In this document: positions 1-9,603 of the stretch, piece by piece
Numbering within the stretch: the stretch's first letter is position 1
How the letters are laid out: each line of letters begins with the position of its first letter
Source of the DNA: a virus
Taxonomy: Duplodnaviria; Caudoviricetes
Virus record (IMG/VR): IMGVR_UViG_3300028601_000021
Location: 1-64,000 of that record
DNA length: 64,000 nucleotides
Strand: one strand, 5' to 3'
Notes under the pieces: model-generated
Told to the model about the DNA's origin: nothing
The model's database searches: none
What the model saw: the letters and a program-made list of their open reading frames with translations, nothing else
Translations under genes and position numbers: made by a program

Positions 1-242
1 CGATAGGCTTTTTATCCTATCCTCTATCCCTCACGGGTAGTTTGGCATACCTTTTAACTTATAGTGTTCATGTAACCATAAGTCCCGATAGCTCGTGGAA
101 GCATTGTATTCTTACATATGAGTAAGGTTCAGCTTCTATGCTCTGCGCGTGTCAGATGTATTACCATGAGACTTCCGCTCTGATTAGCTCCTATGATTGA
201 GCTTTCCAGTTCTTCTATCGGTTTAACGACGGCAACGTGTTT
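1..242 (-). ncRNA. Group I intron 4 of nvRNAP beta'-like gene (3' splice site at or beyond window start)
   Basis: Starts after exon ...GACGGU; the intron 5' region has GCCGUC, giving a 6-bp P1 with the U.G at the splice site. P7-like pair GCAUA/UAUGC (CGCGCAGAGCAUA ... AAGGUAUGCC). No ORF. Confidence 0.8.
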
Positions 243-254
243 ACCGTCAAAATC
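243..254 (-). CDS. nvRNAP beta'-like subunit exon 4 (12-nt micro-exon, D-F-D-G)
   Basis: Minus strand GAT TTT GAC GGT, preceded by an omega-G at 255 and ending in U; continues the NADFDGD motif begun in exon 3 (...APNA). Confidence 0.85.
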
Positions 255-576
255 CTAGTTGTCCAGTAAATGCGCTACTATTTACCCGGTATGTACTACC
301 TGCTATATGTTTCCATATAGTACGGACTATATCTTCATCTATATCCCATTTATACAGATGCTCCCCGCTAGAGTACCAAACACTTGTACCCATATAGTCT
401 CTGAACTTTACCCTCATCAGGTCTTAGCTGCAGATTATCCATATATCTCCATACTTTTTATAACCGTCGCACTTAAGCTTATCTCATCTTTATGCTGTGG
501 TAATGGAGCTTTAGGACTTTCCCGCAATTCAAGGAGATGCAAACTATTATCACTAATAGAGTGGCCAATGTAATTT
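255..576 (-). ncRNA. Group I intron 3 (322 nt, no ORF)
   Basis: P GAAUUGCGGGAAA, Q AAUCUGCAGC, R GUUCAGAGACUA, S AAGAUAUAGUCC; 5' exon ends in U, intron ends in G. Confidence 0.9.
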
Positions 577-684
577 AGCATTTGGTGCAGTGAGAATCAA
601 AGGACTCAGCTCCAATGTCTCATCGTGGATATCTGTCTTAATCTTCGTCACGAACAATAGCTGAATAGCGTGCATTTTTAATGT
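577..684 (-). CDS. nvRNAP beta'-like subunit exon 3 (36 aa)
   Basis: Translates TLKMHAIQLLFVTKIKTDIHDETLELSPLILTAPNA, linking RNP|TL to NA|DFDG as expected for beta'. Confidence 0.9.
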
Positions 685-977
685 CTTTACTACCGATACA
701 GACGCTACTCCGTACCCGTATACCGTATAAGAAATATACGGTATGCCACCTATGTTTCCATAGGGAATAGACTATGTTTCCATCTCAGTGAGATGCTTGC
801 TCTTTCCACTAGCAATCGCTTCTAGTGTACTCCCTCACGGGATAGTCGTTACACACGCCCGAGTACGTTACATACTCTGCTGGCTCGGCGTTACCATATC
901 ACATAGTGACTTAGGCTTTCGCCGAATTAAGCAAGTTACGCACCCAATAGATCACTCTACTGGAGCCCTACATTATA
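685..977 (-). ncRNA. Group I intron 2 (293 nt, no ORF)
   Basis: P AAUUCGGCGAAA, Q AACGCCGAGC, R GUGUAACGACUA, S AACAUAGUC; intron 5' UAAUGU pairs perfectly with 3' exon ACAUUA (P10); U|...G boundaries. Confidence 0.9.
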
Positions 978-1257
978 AGGATTTCGACCTAACAAGCACG
1001 GTATTCCTTTCCATGGACACTCTCTCATCAGATCCATCATGATCTGATAGATATCTTCATCATAAACTACTAATGCTTTAAAATGCTTATACAAAGCATC
1101 ATTGATATTGTACTTCTTCCTGTGCACCAGTACATTGATGATCTGCAGCTTAAGTGCATTTACCATGAGCTTCCACGGCATATACAATTCATCTGCGATA
1201 TGTGGACCAGTGATAGGTGTACACACAGCACGATAAGACCAATGGCAACGCGTCCCG
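978..1257 (-). CDS. nvRNAP beta'-like subunit exon 2
   Basis: GTRCHWSYRAVCTPITGPHIADELYMPW...GIPCLLGRNP matches beta' regions G.R....RAV and RNP; same frame as ORF 957..1226. Confidence 0.9.
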
Positions 1258-1594
1258 CGATATGTTCAGTATAGGTCGTTAATCTATACCCGCACCACTA
1301 CGTGCAGCTCTAGGCTTTCCCTAGATGTCCAGGCTATATCAGTCCTCTATTTCTAGAGGTGGTACTGTTTCGGAGTCACTTGACCCTACTGGGAGTTTCA
1401 CCCATAGCCGTCGAACTGATATCCCTATTCGAGATATAGCTGCTGATTACCCACATATCTCTATACTTTTTATACCTGTCACGCTTGCCTATATTTCAGA
1501 GCTACGTTGTAGGGATAGAGCTTGAGGATGTCCCAGCAATTAAGTACCTTTCGATCATAGATCACTCTATGAAAGCCCCGTCTTCTTCTCTTTG
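1258..1594 (-). ncRNA. Group I intron 1 (about 337 nt, no ORF)
   Basis: P AAUUGCUGGGA, Q AAUCAGCAGC, R GUUCGACGGCUA, S GAUAUAGCC (compensatory P7 GGCUA/UAGCC). Removal joins RQHNL|GTR in frame. Exact boundary inferred; P10 not evident. Confidence 0.85.
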
Positions 1595-2544
1595 AGGTTG
1601 TGCTGACGCATGATAGCTACTTTAGCACCGACCTTTTCTTTGATCAGTGACTGATAGTAAGTGATAAGCTTACTGTATACGCTATAGAGGGTCTTATGTG
1701 TATGCTTCTTAGTGGTAATAGTATTCTTAACAGAGAACGATACCGTGGATAAGTTGAAGATAGCTTCTAAGATATCCTTGGATGATTTATCTGCTAGTTT
1801 TAGACTACCACTGCTTTTGATAAGTGGATGTAAGCTACTGTGTAGGATAGGTAACTTTGTAGTGAACAGGATACCTTTATATTGCTCATAGAACAACTTC
1901 ACCCATTCCATACTACGTCTCGAAGCTGCAGTCATCGGACAAGCATTGAATAGGTAATCAAATATCCTTTCATAGTTCTTATGGAAGTAATCAAAGCTTT
2001 GTTCTTCGATTACTCCTTTCAAATGATCAGGTAGCTCTTTATCAGGATCTAATAGGAGATCGATGACACTAGCACCACCTTTAGCTATACCGGTCCAGGT
2101 CTTTAATACGAAATACCAGACTGGGTGTACGAAAGGAGGTAGTTCAGGAGGAGTGCCTACCCATGCCGTATGTGTCAATTTATCTACAAATGCAGTAGTG
2201 ACTTCAGTACGACATTCTGGACAGAGCATACCTTCGTAACTACGACCATAGATCTTACCGCACTCACATGAGGCAGTGAATCCTATATCACCATCATTCC
2301 TATTGTAGATGGCATTACAGAATTCCTTAGATAGATCCATAGAAGTCATAGTTTCATTATTAACGATACGAGCACCGGGACTACGTCTGAATAAGTCCTC
2401 CAGATCTATAGGGCCTAGGATATTCGAAAGTAGATGAGTCTTTACCTTATTTGCGTCTATAGGTACGTAATCATCTTGCTTACGATTCATAAGTCCTATC
2501 TGTTGAGGATACTTATCGTAATGTAGCTTATCGTTGATCATCAT
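1595..2544 (-). CDS. Non-virion RNA polymerase beta'-like subunit (phiKZ gp55-like), exon 1
   Basis: N-terminal Zn ribbon (CECG...CPEC), KLPILH and K..IMRQH motifs; downstream exons restore RNP and NADFDG; adjacent to the chimallin-like gene as in phiKZ. Confidence 0.88.
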
Positions 2545-2650
2545 TCCATATGCCCCCTATGGTGATATGTGTGGATACGGCTTACACACTATTATCTCTT
2601 TCTATAAATTTATATCATAGAAAAAATAGAGATGTCGGTATAAAGTATAT

Positions 2651-2685
2651 ATCTAGAGAGGAGCCACCACAGCTCCTCTCTAGAT
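2651..2685. terminator. Stem-loop downstream of chimallin gene
   Basis: ATCTAGAGAGGAGC-cacca ca-GCTCCTCTCTAGAT inverted repeat. Confidence 0.65.
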
Positions 2686-2719
2686 ACGTCTACATAACTA
2701 AACCCAAACAGTCAGATGC

Positions 2720-4417
2720 TTAATACACGCGACCGAAGGGGTTCATGAAGACTCCACCACCACCGCCATAGTTAAAGCCCGCATTGGCATTCTGATTGAA
2801 GGCCTGGGCATTTGCGATAAGAGAAGACAGGTCGACCAGGTTCTGAGCACCGAGCACAGAGTTCTGAGAGATCTGAATCTTGTCCCGGATGAGGTTCTGT
2901 ACGGTCATCATGAAATTGAGATTGATCTCGCAGACGATGTTGGAGTACATGACTTCAAAGGACGGATAGAAGCGCTTGATCTGCTCGACACGGACCTTGG
3001 GATCGGTGTTGCGGACCAGCAGCTGGTATACGGTATTCACTTCGGATTCGAAGTGGATGATGGTGTTCAGGTAGTCAGCCCAACGGCTATCTGCCTGACG
3101 ACCATTGTGAGTGATGACACCGACATACTCGTGATACTTGAAGCCAGAGGCTACGGTATCGAGGATGTTGGCACCGAGGAAACGACCGTACATGGCGGTC
3201 ACATCGCTGTTACGCTCTGCGATGCCGTACTTCTCCAGGCCGGGGATACGGTAGGTGCCTTCGACGACGTCCAGGACCAGAGCGGGCTTTTCGAAGGTCG
3301 TAGCGAGGATCTGCTCACGCTGAGTCGGATTCTCGGCAAAGCCAGGCATATTGGTATTGGGATCACGGAAGAGCTTACCGATGTTCGGCTGTTCCTTGGA
3401 GAACTGGGAGAACTGAGTCTTCCACAGACCACTGCGGATGAATACGTCGGTGGCCAGGGGCAGAAGCAGAGTGGTCAGTTCAAGAGCAGGGATAACGGAG
3501 ATCATGCTGGTGATGTGGATCAGCGGCACGAACTTCGGTACGCTGTTGATCATGGCACCGGTCAGCTGCACAGGTTCGGTGAATGCGGTGACACAAGCGA
3601 TCGGCACATTTTCCTGAGCACCCTGATCAAAGTAACTGCCGGGATTGACACCGTAGCCACCCTGACGGTTACGACCCTTCTGGTACAGCACGAAGCCCAT
3701 ATCAGCACGAGGAGATACGGCATGCGGATAGATCTTGGTCATGAAAGCCTGGACGTCAGAGACGTTGGTAGAGATAACGAAGATGCTGTCATCGCTCTTC
3801 AGCATATCTGCAGTCATGGACTGGAATTCTGCACGAGTAGCGACCAGGAACATGTTCTGAATGGCAGTGATCATCTTTTCTACGCACTCGTAGTCAGCAG
3901 GAGTGACGATCAGGAATTCCAGAAGTTCATGGGTGCCGGATACTGCGGTGTGATAGGTACTCACTGCATCCTTCAGCACTACGGTACGGGGCAGGCCTTC
4001 GGGCAGGTTGACCAGGGTCTCGGAAGGCGTGAGCAGGATGAACTTACCGGCGCATTCCAGAGCCATCGTGTTTTCAGGAGAGGTCAGTGTATGGATCTTG
4101 ATATTGAGCTTGTTCTGATTGGATACGGAAGTAAGTTCTTCCTTGATACGATCGAAATACTTACGACCTTTATCGGAAAGGGAAGACACGGAGCCGACCA
4201 GGTTAATGAGAGACATCAACTTGGGTGCGACTACTCTTTCAGAGTTGTCAGTGAACTGCTGAGACATCTGGGGATTCTCCTTGGTTGCTTGGGGGTTAGT
4301 GGGTGCCTGACGTACCTGTTCCTGAGGCTGGGCTGCCTTAGCTGTGGGACGTTCTTCGATGACTTTGGGTGCCTGCTGTGCTTCTTCGCCACCGGTCTTA
4401 ATACTGCCTACTGCCAT
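2720..4417 (-). CDS. chmA: Probable chimallin (phage nuclear shell protein, phiKZ gp54-like)
   Basis: 565 aa, immediately upstream of and co-oriented with the gp55-like RNAP subunit; low-complexity N-terminus, Gly/aromatic C-terminal tail; strongly biased (C-ending) codons; early-promoter-like motif upstream. Mainly a synteny/size call. Confidence 0.75.
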   Translation of the reverse strand: MAVGSIKTGGEEAQQAPKVIEERPTAKAAQPQEQVRQAPTNPQATKENPQMSQQFTDNSERVVAPKLMSLINLVGSVSSLSDKGRKYFDRIKEELTSVSNQNKLNIKIHTLTSPENTMALECAGKFILLTPSETLVNLPEGLPRTVVLKDAVSTYHTAVSGTHELLEFLIVTPADYECVEKMITAIQNMFLVATRAEFQSMTADMLKSDDSIFVISTNVSDVQAFMTKIYPHAVSPRADMGFVLYQKGRNRQGGYGVNPGSYFDQGAQENVPIACVTAFTEPVQLTGAMINSVPKFVPLIHITSMISVIPALELTTLLLPLATDVFIRSGLWKTQFSQFSKEQPNIGKLFRDPNTNMPGFAENPTQREQILATTFEKPALVLDVVEGTYRIPGLEKYGIAERNSDVTAMYGRFLGANILDTVASGFKYHEYVGVITHNGRQADSRWADYLNTIIHFESEVNTVYQLLVRNTDPKVRVEQIKRFYPSFEVMYSNIVCEINLNFMMTVQNLIRDKIQISQNSVLGAQNLVDLSSLIANAQAFNQNANAGFNYGGGGGVFMNPFGRVY

Positions 4418-4519
4418 GATGAAAACTCCTTTGCTTATGGTGGATAAAGGTGGTGGGTGTTACCGCTCAGTATAATAAGTAATGGTGATTTACTTTTTTA
4501 CTGGGGTAGATTCACTAAC

Positions 4520-4529
4520 GTAATATATA
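4520..4529 (-). promoter_or_regulatory. phiKZ-type early promoter motif TATATATTAC upstream of chmA
   Basis: Contains TATATTAC (phiKZ early consensus); same motif at 44055, 58096, 62512 and a variant at 53070, all upstream of minus-strand genes. Confidence 0.65.
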
Positions 4530-4733
4530 TGCGTAACAGGGATGGAAAATATAGATATAAAACCCATACCCCATCAAATAGAAGACTATGCTTCTACTTG
4601 TGTGCTCATATAGTATTACAGGTATGTAATGAAATACACGGATATCTATTTTCTCGGTATCCCTATACTTACTGTCACGATGGTATGTATCTATGACTAT
4701 TATACATTTCAATATATAGGAAATACTAAATAT

Positions 4734-5906
4734 ATGTTACTATTACCTTTATCCGATCATTTCAGGATTGTACCTGGTCGTATGTTTCCTAGGTATAGGA
4801 CATACATAGAAACTTTACATAACTTCTTCATACGTCACTATGATAGATTTCGTTTACAGTACGGACATGAGAATAAAGCGGTAGCTATGCTACGTCAGGT
4901 CATGAACAATGCTGATTATGAATGGATGATGAAGACTAATGACGACATCGATATCTATCAGCATCATTTACGATATATCAAGACTGACTTAGATAATGTA
5001 TTCTCTAGGGTAGCTACTGGTAGGAACTTTAAGAATCATTTCATTAGTAAGAGATTAGGTGAATGTAATGAGTTCATCGTACCGGTGGAAGATGTCAGTA
5101 GCTTTAGTCGTTTACCTTTTGGTGCTAAGTGGGACAAATGGCAACATGTGAACCCTGTGAAGATTTGGTACCACGATAGCCCGGAATTCACGCTAAATAT
5201 CATGCACGATAGAGTCAATTTTACTGAAGCAGCCCCTACCTACTGCGTAGTATTAGTAGACACTGTGGCTCTGTGTATGAAGTACTATAAATGGAAGAGA
5301 TACGGGATAAATGAAGAGTTTAGAGATAAAGATACTTTGACTGGTCAGTTCTTTATTCATAAACATGTCATCTGTCCTATGATGTATGATTTAGTAGATA
5401 TTTGGTTATTACGTCAGATAGTGGATATGATCGATCATAGCTACGATAGTGAGTATGTACATCGTAGTTATAATGATGTAGTTACCAATAGTCAGTATGG
5501 TCAGGTAGGCTTACGTTACAGTGATGGTATGAAGTCCCTATCGGTAGAATTGAATAACATCAAAGAGAATAGACTCTATCCTAATGTATTCTTGAATAGT
5601 CCTTTGTTACTAAATAGCAGTATCACTGATCGTTGTAATGAAAGTCTTTATAAGTGGTCATTAAGTGGATTACGTCAGTTTGAATACTTGGACATTATGA
5701 AGGACTTAGAGTTATTAAAAGCTGTAGTCGGTATCCATGCTCTAAATCCTCAGTTGAATACTTACAAACGTCTGATGATAGAAGCTAAACGTCAATACTT
5801 TAGGTTATTGAATAGAAGACCTTGGAATCGATGTATGAATAGCGACTTAGCTAATACTATTGAGGATAAGGTATTGAATTACGGTAGATTACATTTAGGT
5901 TTATGA
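4734..5906 (+). CDS. Conserved jumbo-phage protein divergent from chmA (phiKZ gp52-like by position)
   Basis: Long ORF (track 4629..5906); ATG at 4734 follows AGGAAA. Confidence 0.55.
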   Translation: MLLLPLSDHFRIVPGRMFPRYRTYIETLHNFFIRHYDRFRLQYGHENKAVAMLRQVMNNADYEWMMKTNDDIDIYQHHLRYIKTDLDNVFSRVATGRNFKNHFISKRLGECNEFIVPVEDVSSFSRLPFGAKWDKWQHVNPVKIWYHDSPEFTLNIMHDRVNFTEAAPTYCVVLVDTVALCMKYYKWKRYGINEEFRDKDTLTGQFFIHKHVICPMMYDLVDIWLLRQIVDMIDHSYDSEYVHRSYNDVVTNSQYGQVGLRYSDGMKSLSVELNNIKENRLYPNVFLNSPLLLNSSITDRCNESLYKWSLSGLRQFEYLDIMKDLELLKAVVGIHALNPQLNTYKRLMIEAKRQYFRLLNRRPWNRCMNSDLANTIEDKVLNYGRLHLGL

Positions 5907-5913
5907 TACCATA

Positions 5914-5956
5914 TATACACTACTGTAGTACCTTAGTGGTGCTACAGTAGTGTATA
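5914..5956. terminator. Long palindromic hairpin between convergent genes
   Basis: TATACACTACTGTAGTACC-loop-GGTGCTACAGTAGTGTATA. Confidence 0.7.
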
Positions 5957-5963
5957 GATTAAA

Positions 5964-7271
5964 TTAATTATCCATTAATACTTTACCATAAAGAGCGGTG
6001 TTGATGCCTTTATTATAGGACACAAATACACTATCACCCACTTTAGTAGCTGATATATCGTATTCACTCCATCCACCGGTAGTACTAGTATTGCACTGTA
6101 CAGGAGTACCGGCAGTGATCACATCGCCACGGATAGTTAGTACCACGGCATATAAATAATTATTATGACTTTCATTGCGATAACACACCCACACAGTAAT
6201 GTCCGATAACACCACAACCGACGTATAAGCAATGTGGGTATCGTTACACGATACTGGCGCAACTGCAGTGATATCGGTTCCGTCTATAATCAATACCGTT
6301 GCATATAAGTGATAACCGTTACTGTCGTTACGGTAGCACACTACTACTTTAGTGTCGGATAATGCGACAGCCGATAAGTGTCGGCTATTGGCACTATTAC
6401 ATTGTACCGGAGTACTAGCAGTGATGTTTGTACCATTTACTGTCAATACAACAGCGTATAGATACCCACTATGACTATCGTTACGATAACTGACCAATAC
6501 CTTAGTATCGGATAGTACTGCAGCTGAAACATATATATTGTTAGAACTATTACATTGTACTGGAATACCAGCAGATATACTAATACCGTCAATAGTCAAT
6601 ATTGCGGTATATAGATAATTATTATGATTCTGATTGCGATAAGTTATCAGTACTTTAGTATCAGATAGAACCACCGCTGATATATATTCGCTATCGGTAC
6701 TATTACATTGTACCGGAGTACTAGCAGTGATGTTTGTACCGTCGATTGTTAGTATCACGGCATACAAATAACTATTATGACTGTCGTTACTATAGCTCAC
6801 CAGTACTTTAGTATCAGATAGTACTACAGCCGAGTTAAAATAACCGGTGGTATCATGGCACAGAACCGGTACTCCTGCAGATATACCACTACCACTAATA
6901 GTCAACACTATAGCATATTTGTAACTATTGTAACTACCATTACTGTAACACACTAGTACTTTGGTATCGGATAATGCCACCGCTGAGACATATAGACTAT
7001 TGGTACTATTCAAACTATGCTCGATACCATTGGCACTACCATCCCAATCACTCCATGCTAATTTGATCTGAAACTGTACTGTGGTAGACCAGCTACTATC
7101 ACCTGTGGTAGGGTGACCGTGCATACCACGAGCATATAAGTTTACTCCCTGTGGTAGTACTGCTTCAGCTATCTGTAAAGCTGTAGTATAAGCACCTTCT
7201 ACATCATGTACTATATTAGAAAAAGCAGGATCAGTAGCCACTTGTACTCTAGTCTTGTTAGGCTGACTCAT
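5964..7271 (-). CDS. Paralogue family member 1: partial Fn3-like N-terminal module + ~51-aa repeat (likely beta-propeller) domain
   Basis: N-terminal ~70 aa shared with 27152 and 44137; six full repeats SAVxLSDTKVLVxY...LTIxG...PVQCN plus a partial seventh. Confidence 0.75.
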   Translation of the reverse strand: MSQPNKTRVQVATDPAFSNIVHDVEGAYTTALQIAEAVLPQGVNLYARGMHGHPTTGDSSWSTTVQFQIKLAWSDWDGSANGIEHSLNSTNSLYVSAVALSDTKVLVCYSNGSYNSYKYAIVLTISGSGISAGVPVLCHDTTGYFNSAVVLSDTKVLVSYSNDSHNSYLYAVILTIDGTNITASTPVQCNSTDSEYISAVVLSDTKVLITYRNQNHNNYLYTAILTIDGISISAGIPVQCNSSNNIYVSAAVLSDTKVLVSYRNDSHSGYLYAVVLTVNGTNITASTPVQCNSANSRHLSAVALSDTKVVVCYRNDSNGYHLYATVLIIDGTDITAVAPVSCNDTHIAYTSVVVLSDITVWVCYRNESHNNYLYAVVLTIRGDVITAGTPVQCNTSTTGGWSEYDISATKVGDSVFVSYNKGINTALYGKVLMDN

Positions 7272-7318
7272 ATAAATATACCTCTTATAGTTTATAGTTT
7301 AAATACTCTATAAAATAG

Positions 7319-7362
7319 TAGATACCTATACAGTACCTGTGGTGGTACTGTATAGGTATCTA
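7319..7362. terminator. Long palindromic hairpin
   Basis: TAGATACCTATACAGTACC-loop-GGTACTGTATAGGTATCTA. Confidence 0.7.
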
Positions 7363-7373
7363 TATAATTCATA

Positions 7374-8615
7374 TTAATGGATACTACCGGATTCTTCCAT
7401 AGTAGGAGTAGGTGCTACTTGAAGATTCATGATACCATCCCAAATAGCACGAGATACAAAGATGATAGATGAAATCATACTAGTGGTTTCACCAAGCACC
7501 TTAGTCTTAATTGCACGATGAATATCCATCTCAGGATCAGGATCGTTACCCATATTAAGCAAAGTGTCCTCCAAAGCCAGAGTGATATCGTTCTCCAGGG
7601 CTTTAGTGAACAAAGTGAGCTTATAAGTAGAAGGATTGATCTGATGGTAATACAGACATCCATCATGGACATTAGGATCGAATACCGGATCAAGTGCAGA
7701 CAGTCTACATTCAGGAGTATTCAAGCTAATGAAGTTCAGACGGAGTTCCGTACCATCTTCTTTCTCTACAGGAAAGAGAAGTTCAAAGCTAGTATTGAAA
7801 GCAAGATAACGCTCATAAGCTTCCTGCTTGGTATTCAACACCAGACCAGAGTTATGTACTTCTTGTCTGAAGTAACGAGCAGGCTTCTGACTATTGTCTT
7901 TCTTCTTAGCATTAGCTTCAGCTTGCTTCTTCTTACTAGACTTACTCTTGAACTTATCGAACTTACGAGTGGGTTCTTCCACGATGACTTCATCCATGAA
8001 GTATTTCTCTTCTTCAAAGAGATTACCCCAATAGAGCATATTAGTTGGTGAAGTATCGAACAGAGTCTGACCTTCCAGATAGTTCTTACGATATTCTTCA
8101 TTGATACCCTGACCAGTACCATCACCGTAAAGATTCATCATGACTTCACAGTAAGGGTAATTGGACATAGGAGCGATGACGTAGGACCATACTTCGAAAG
8201 GATGATTGAAGTACGCATATTCATCTTTATTACCCTGGATATCCGGCACTTTAAAGTTACCGATAAAGTAGAAATGACTACCTTCAGGGTGGTGACCCTC
8301 ATCTCCTTCATGTGCTTTCAACAGGAAGACTTCACTCTGGGGGATATTACGAAAGAAGATGATAGCCCAGTACAGATAAGCTGCAGTAGCATTAAAGATA
8401 GGTGTGTTCTCTACCTTAATAACATAATGGGTACCGTCGGATACCGGCATAGGACGATCAGCTGCTTTATTAGTAAAGCTCTGCGATTCGAAATTAGGGA
8501 TACCTTCACCGAAAGGGATCTCGCCAAAAGGAATGACCTTTTCAGGATCTACAGGAGTCTCTTCCATTACTTCAGGTTCGATAACTTCTCCGAGATCCTT
8601 GACTTCATCAGACAT
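7374..8615 (-). CDS. Hypothetical protein (413 aa); C-terminal domain paralogous to 8644..9111
   Basis: Long ORF with AGGAG RBS; shared FISLNTP...GCLYY.Q.N.STYKLTLFTK motif. Confidence 0.7.
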   Translation of the reverse strand: MSDEVKDLGEVIEPEVMEETPVDPEKVIPFGEIPFGEGIPNFESQSFTNKAADRPMPVSDGTHYVIKVENTPIFNATAAYLYWAIIFFRNIPQSEVFLLKAHEGDEGHHPEGSHFYFIGNFKVPDIQGNKDEYAYFNHPFEVWSYVIAPMSNYPYCEVMMNLYGDGTGQGINEEYRKNYLEGQTLFDTSPTNMLYWGNLFEEEKYFMDEVIVEEPTRKFDKFKSKSSKKKQAEANAKKKDNSQKPARYFRQEVHNSGLVLNTKQEAYERYLAFNTSFELLFPVEKEDGTELRLNFISLNTPECRLSALDPVFDPNVHDGCLYYHQINPSTYKLTLFTKALENDITLALEDTLLNMGNDPDPEMDIHRAIKTKVLGETTSMISSIIFVSRAIWDGIMNLQVAPTPTMEESGSIH

Positions 8616-8643
8616 ATCTACACTCCTAGTGTATTTGGGTGAT

Positions 8644-9111
8644 TTATTTATTAAAAGCAGTATTCAGTTGATCGAGTAGAGTAGGATCTGTTTGCTTATC
8701 CCATACTGGCTTAGTTACAAAAATACTAGCGTAAACTATTACAGAATCACCATCTACTACTTTACGATCTACCAACTTATGTATTCCAGGTACGATATTG
8801 GGATCTAAAGCAAGATGGTTGAGATATGCACTCAATCGTTTACCTTCTTCGATCGGAAGCTCTTTAGTGAATAAGGTGAGCTTATAAGTAGAAGTATTTA
8901 CTTGATAGTAATACAAACAACCGATATGTTTGGTCTTATCGAAAACACATTCCAGCTTATCTGTAAGATGATCCGGTGTATTCAAACTGATAAAGTTGAA
9001 TCCTCTAAAAGCACCATTGTTATCAGGTATAGGGAATGTAATCTCAAAGCTAGAATTCAATATCGTTGGGTTGACGATAGTTGATATTTCTTTTTTAATG
9101 AAAGACAACAT
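8644..9111 (-). CDS. Hypothetical protein, stand-alone paralogue of the C-terminal domain of 7374..8615
   Basis: 155-aa ORF, GGAG RBS, shared motif. Confidence 0.7.
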   Translation of the reverse strand: MLSFIKKEISTIVNPTILNSSFEITFPIPDNNGAFRGFNFISLNTPDHLTDKLECVFDKTKHIGCLYYYQVNTSTYKLTLFTKELPIEEGKRLSAYLNHLALDPNIVPGIHKLVDRKVVDGDSVIVYASIFVTKPVWDKQTDPTLLDQLNTAFNK

Positions 9112-9180
9112 AGCTTTCTCCAGGTGGTGATTTATAAAAAGTATACCTACACTACGGGACTGTGGTGTAGGTATACTAGC

Positions 9181-9597
9181 TTATGAGATACTCGTGACCT
9201 GTGAACAGTTGTAACCGTGTGACTTCAACAACGTAATGATCGTAGCTACTTCAGATTCAGGAGTAGCGTATACCTTAAAGTATAGATCACTATGCACGTC
9301 CTGTATCCTCAATGTACTGGGATCAATATATTCCAATGCAAAGACACGATACTTAGTCACAGCTGTATTCTCATCCAACTTAAGGATAAAGAAGGTCAAC
9401 TCTTCGATAGGAGGTAAGTCGGTAATAGCTTTCTTGGCTTCACGATAGTAAGGTAGGATATCTTCCATAGTCTTAGCTGTATCGTAAGTCAAGAATCCAG
9501 CGACAGTACCTTCCCAAGCTACGGTATCGTGATCACTCAAGGACTTAAACTTAATGTCCTGTTTGATGACGATACTACCGGGTTCTACAATAGCCAT
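9181..9597 (-). CDS. Hypothetical protein (138 aa)
   Basis: ORF coupled to the end of the chaperonin gene, AGGAG RBS, followed by hairpin ~9141-9176. Confidence 0.65.
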   Translation of the reverse strand: MAIVEPGSIVIKQDIKFKSLSDHDTVAWEGTVAGFLTYDTAKTMEDILPYYREAKKAITDLPPIEELTFFILKLDENTAVTKYRVFALEYIDPSTLRIQDVHSDLYFKVYATPESEVATIITLLKSHGYNCSQVTSIS

Positions 9598-9603
9598 GAT
9601 AAA

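Noticed and set aside
259-1525. Short + strand ORFs with similar text (AADYP.ISILFI) as a protein family or homing endonucleases
   Set aside because: They are antisense translations of the related intron 1 and 3 sequences; no LAGLIDADG, HNH or GIY-YIG motif.
957-2544. RNAP gene as a frameshifted pseudogene or intein-containing gene
   Set aside because: The interruptions contain stops and group I cores, and precise removal restores all motifs in frame.
3053-4447. 464-aa + strand ORF antisense to chimallin
   Set aside because: Shadow ORF produced by strong codon bias of the real gene; no RBS or motifs.
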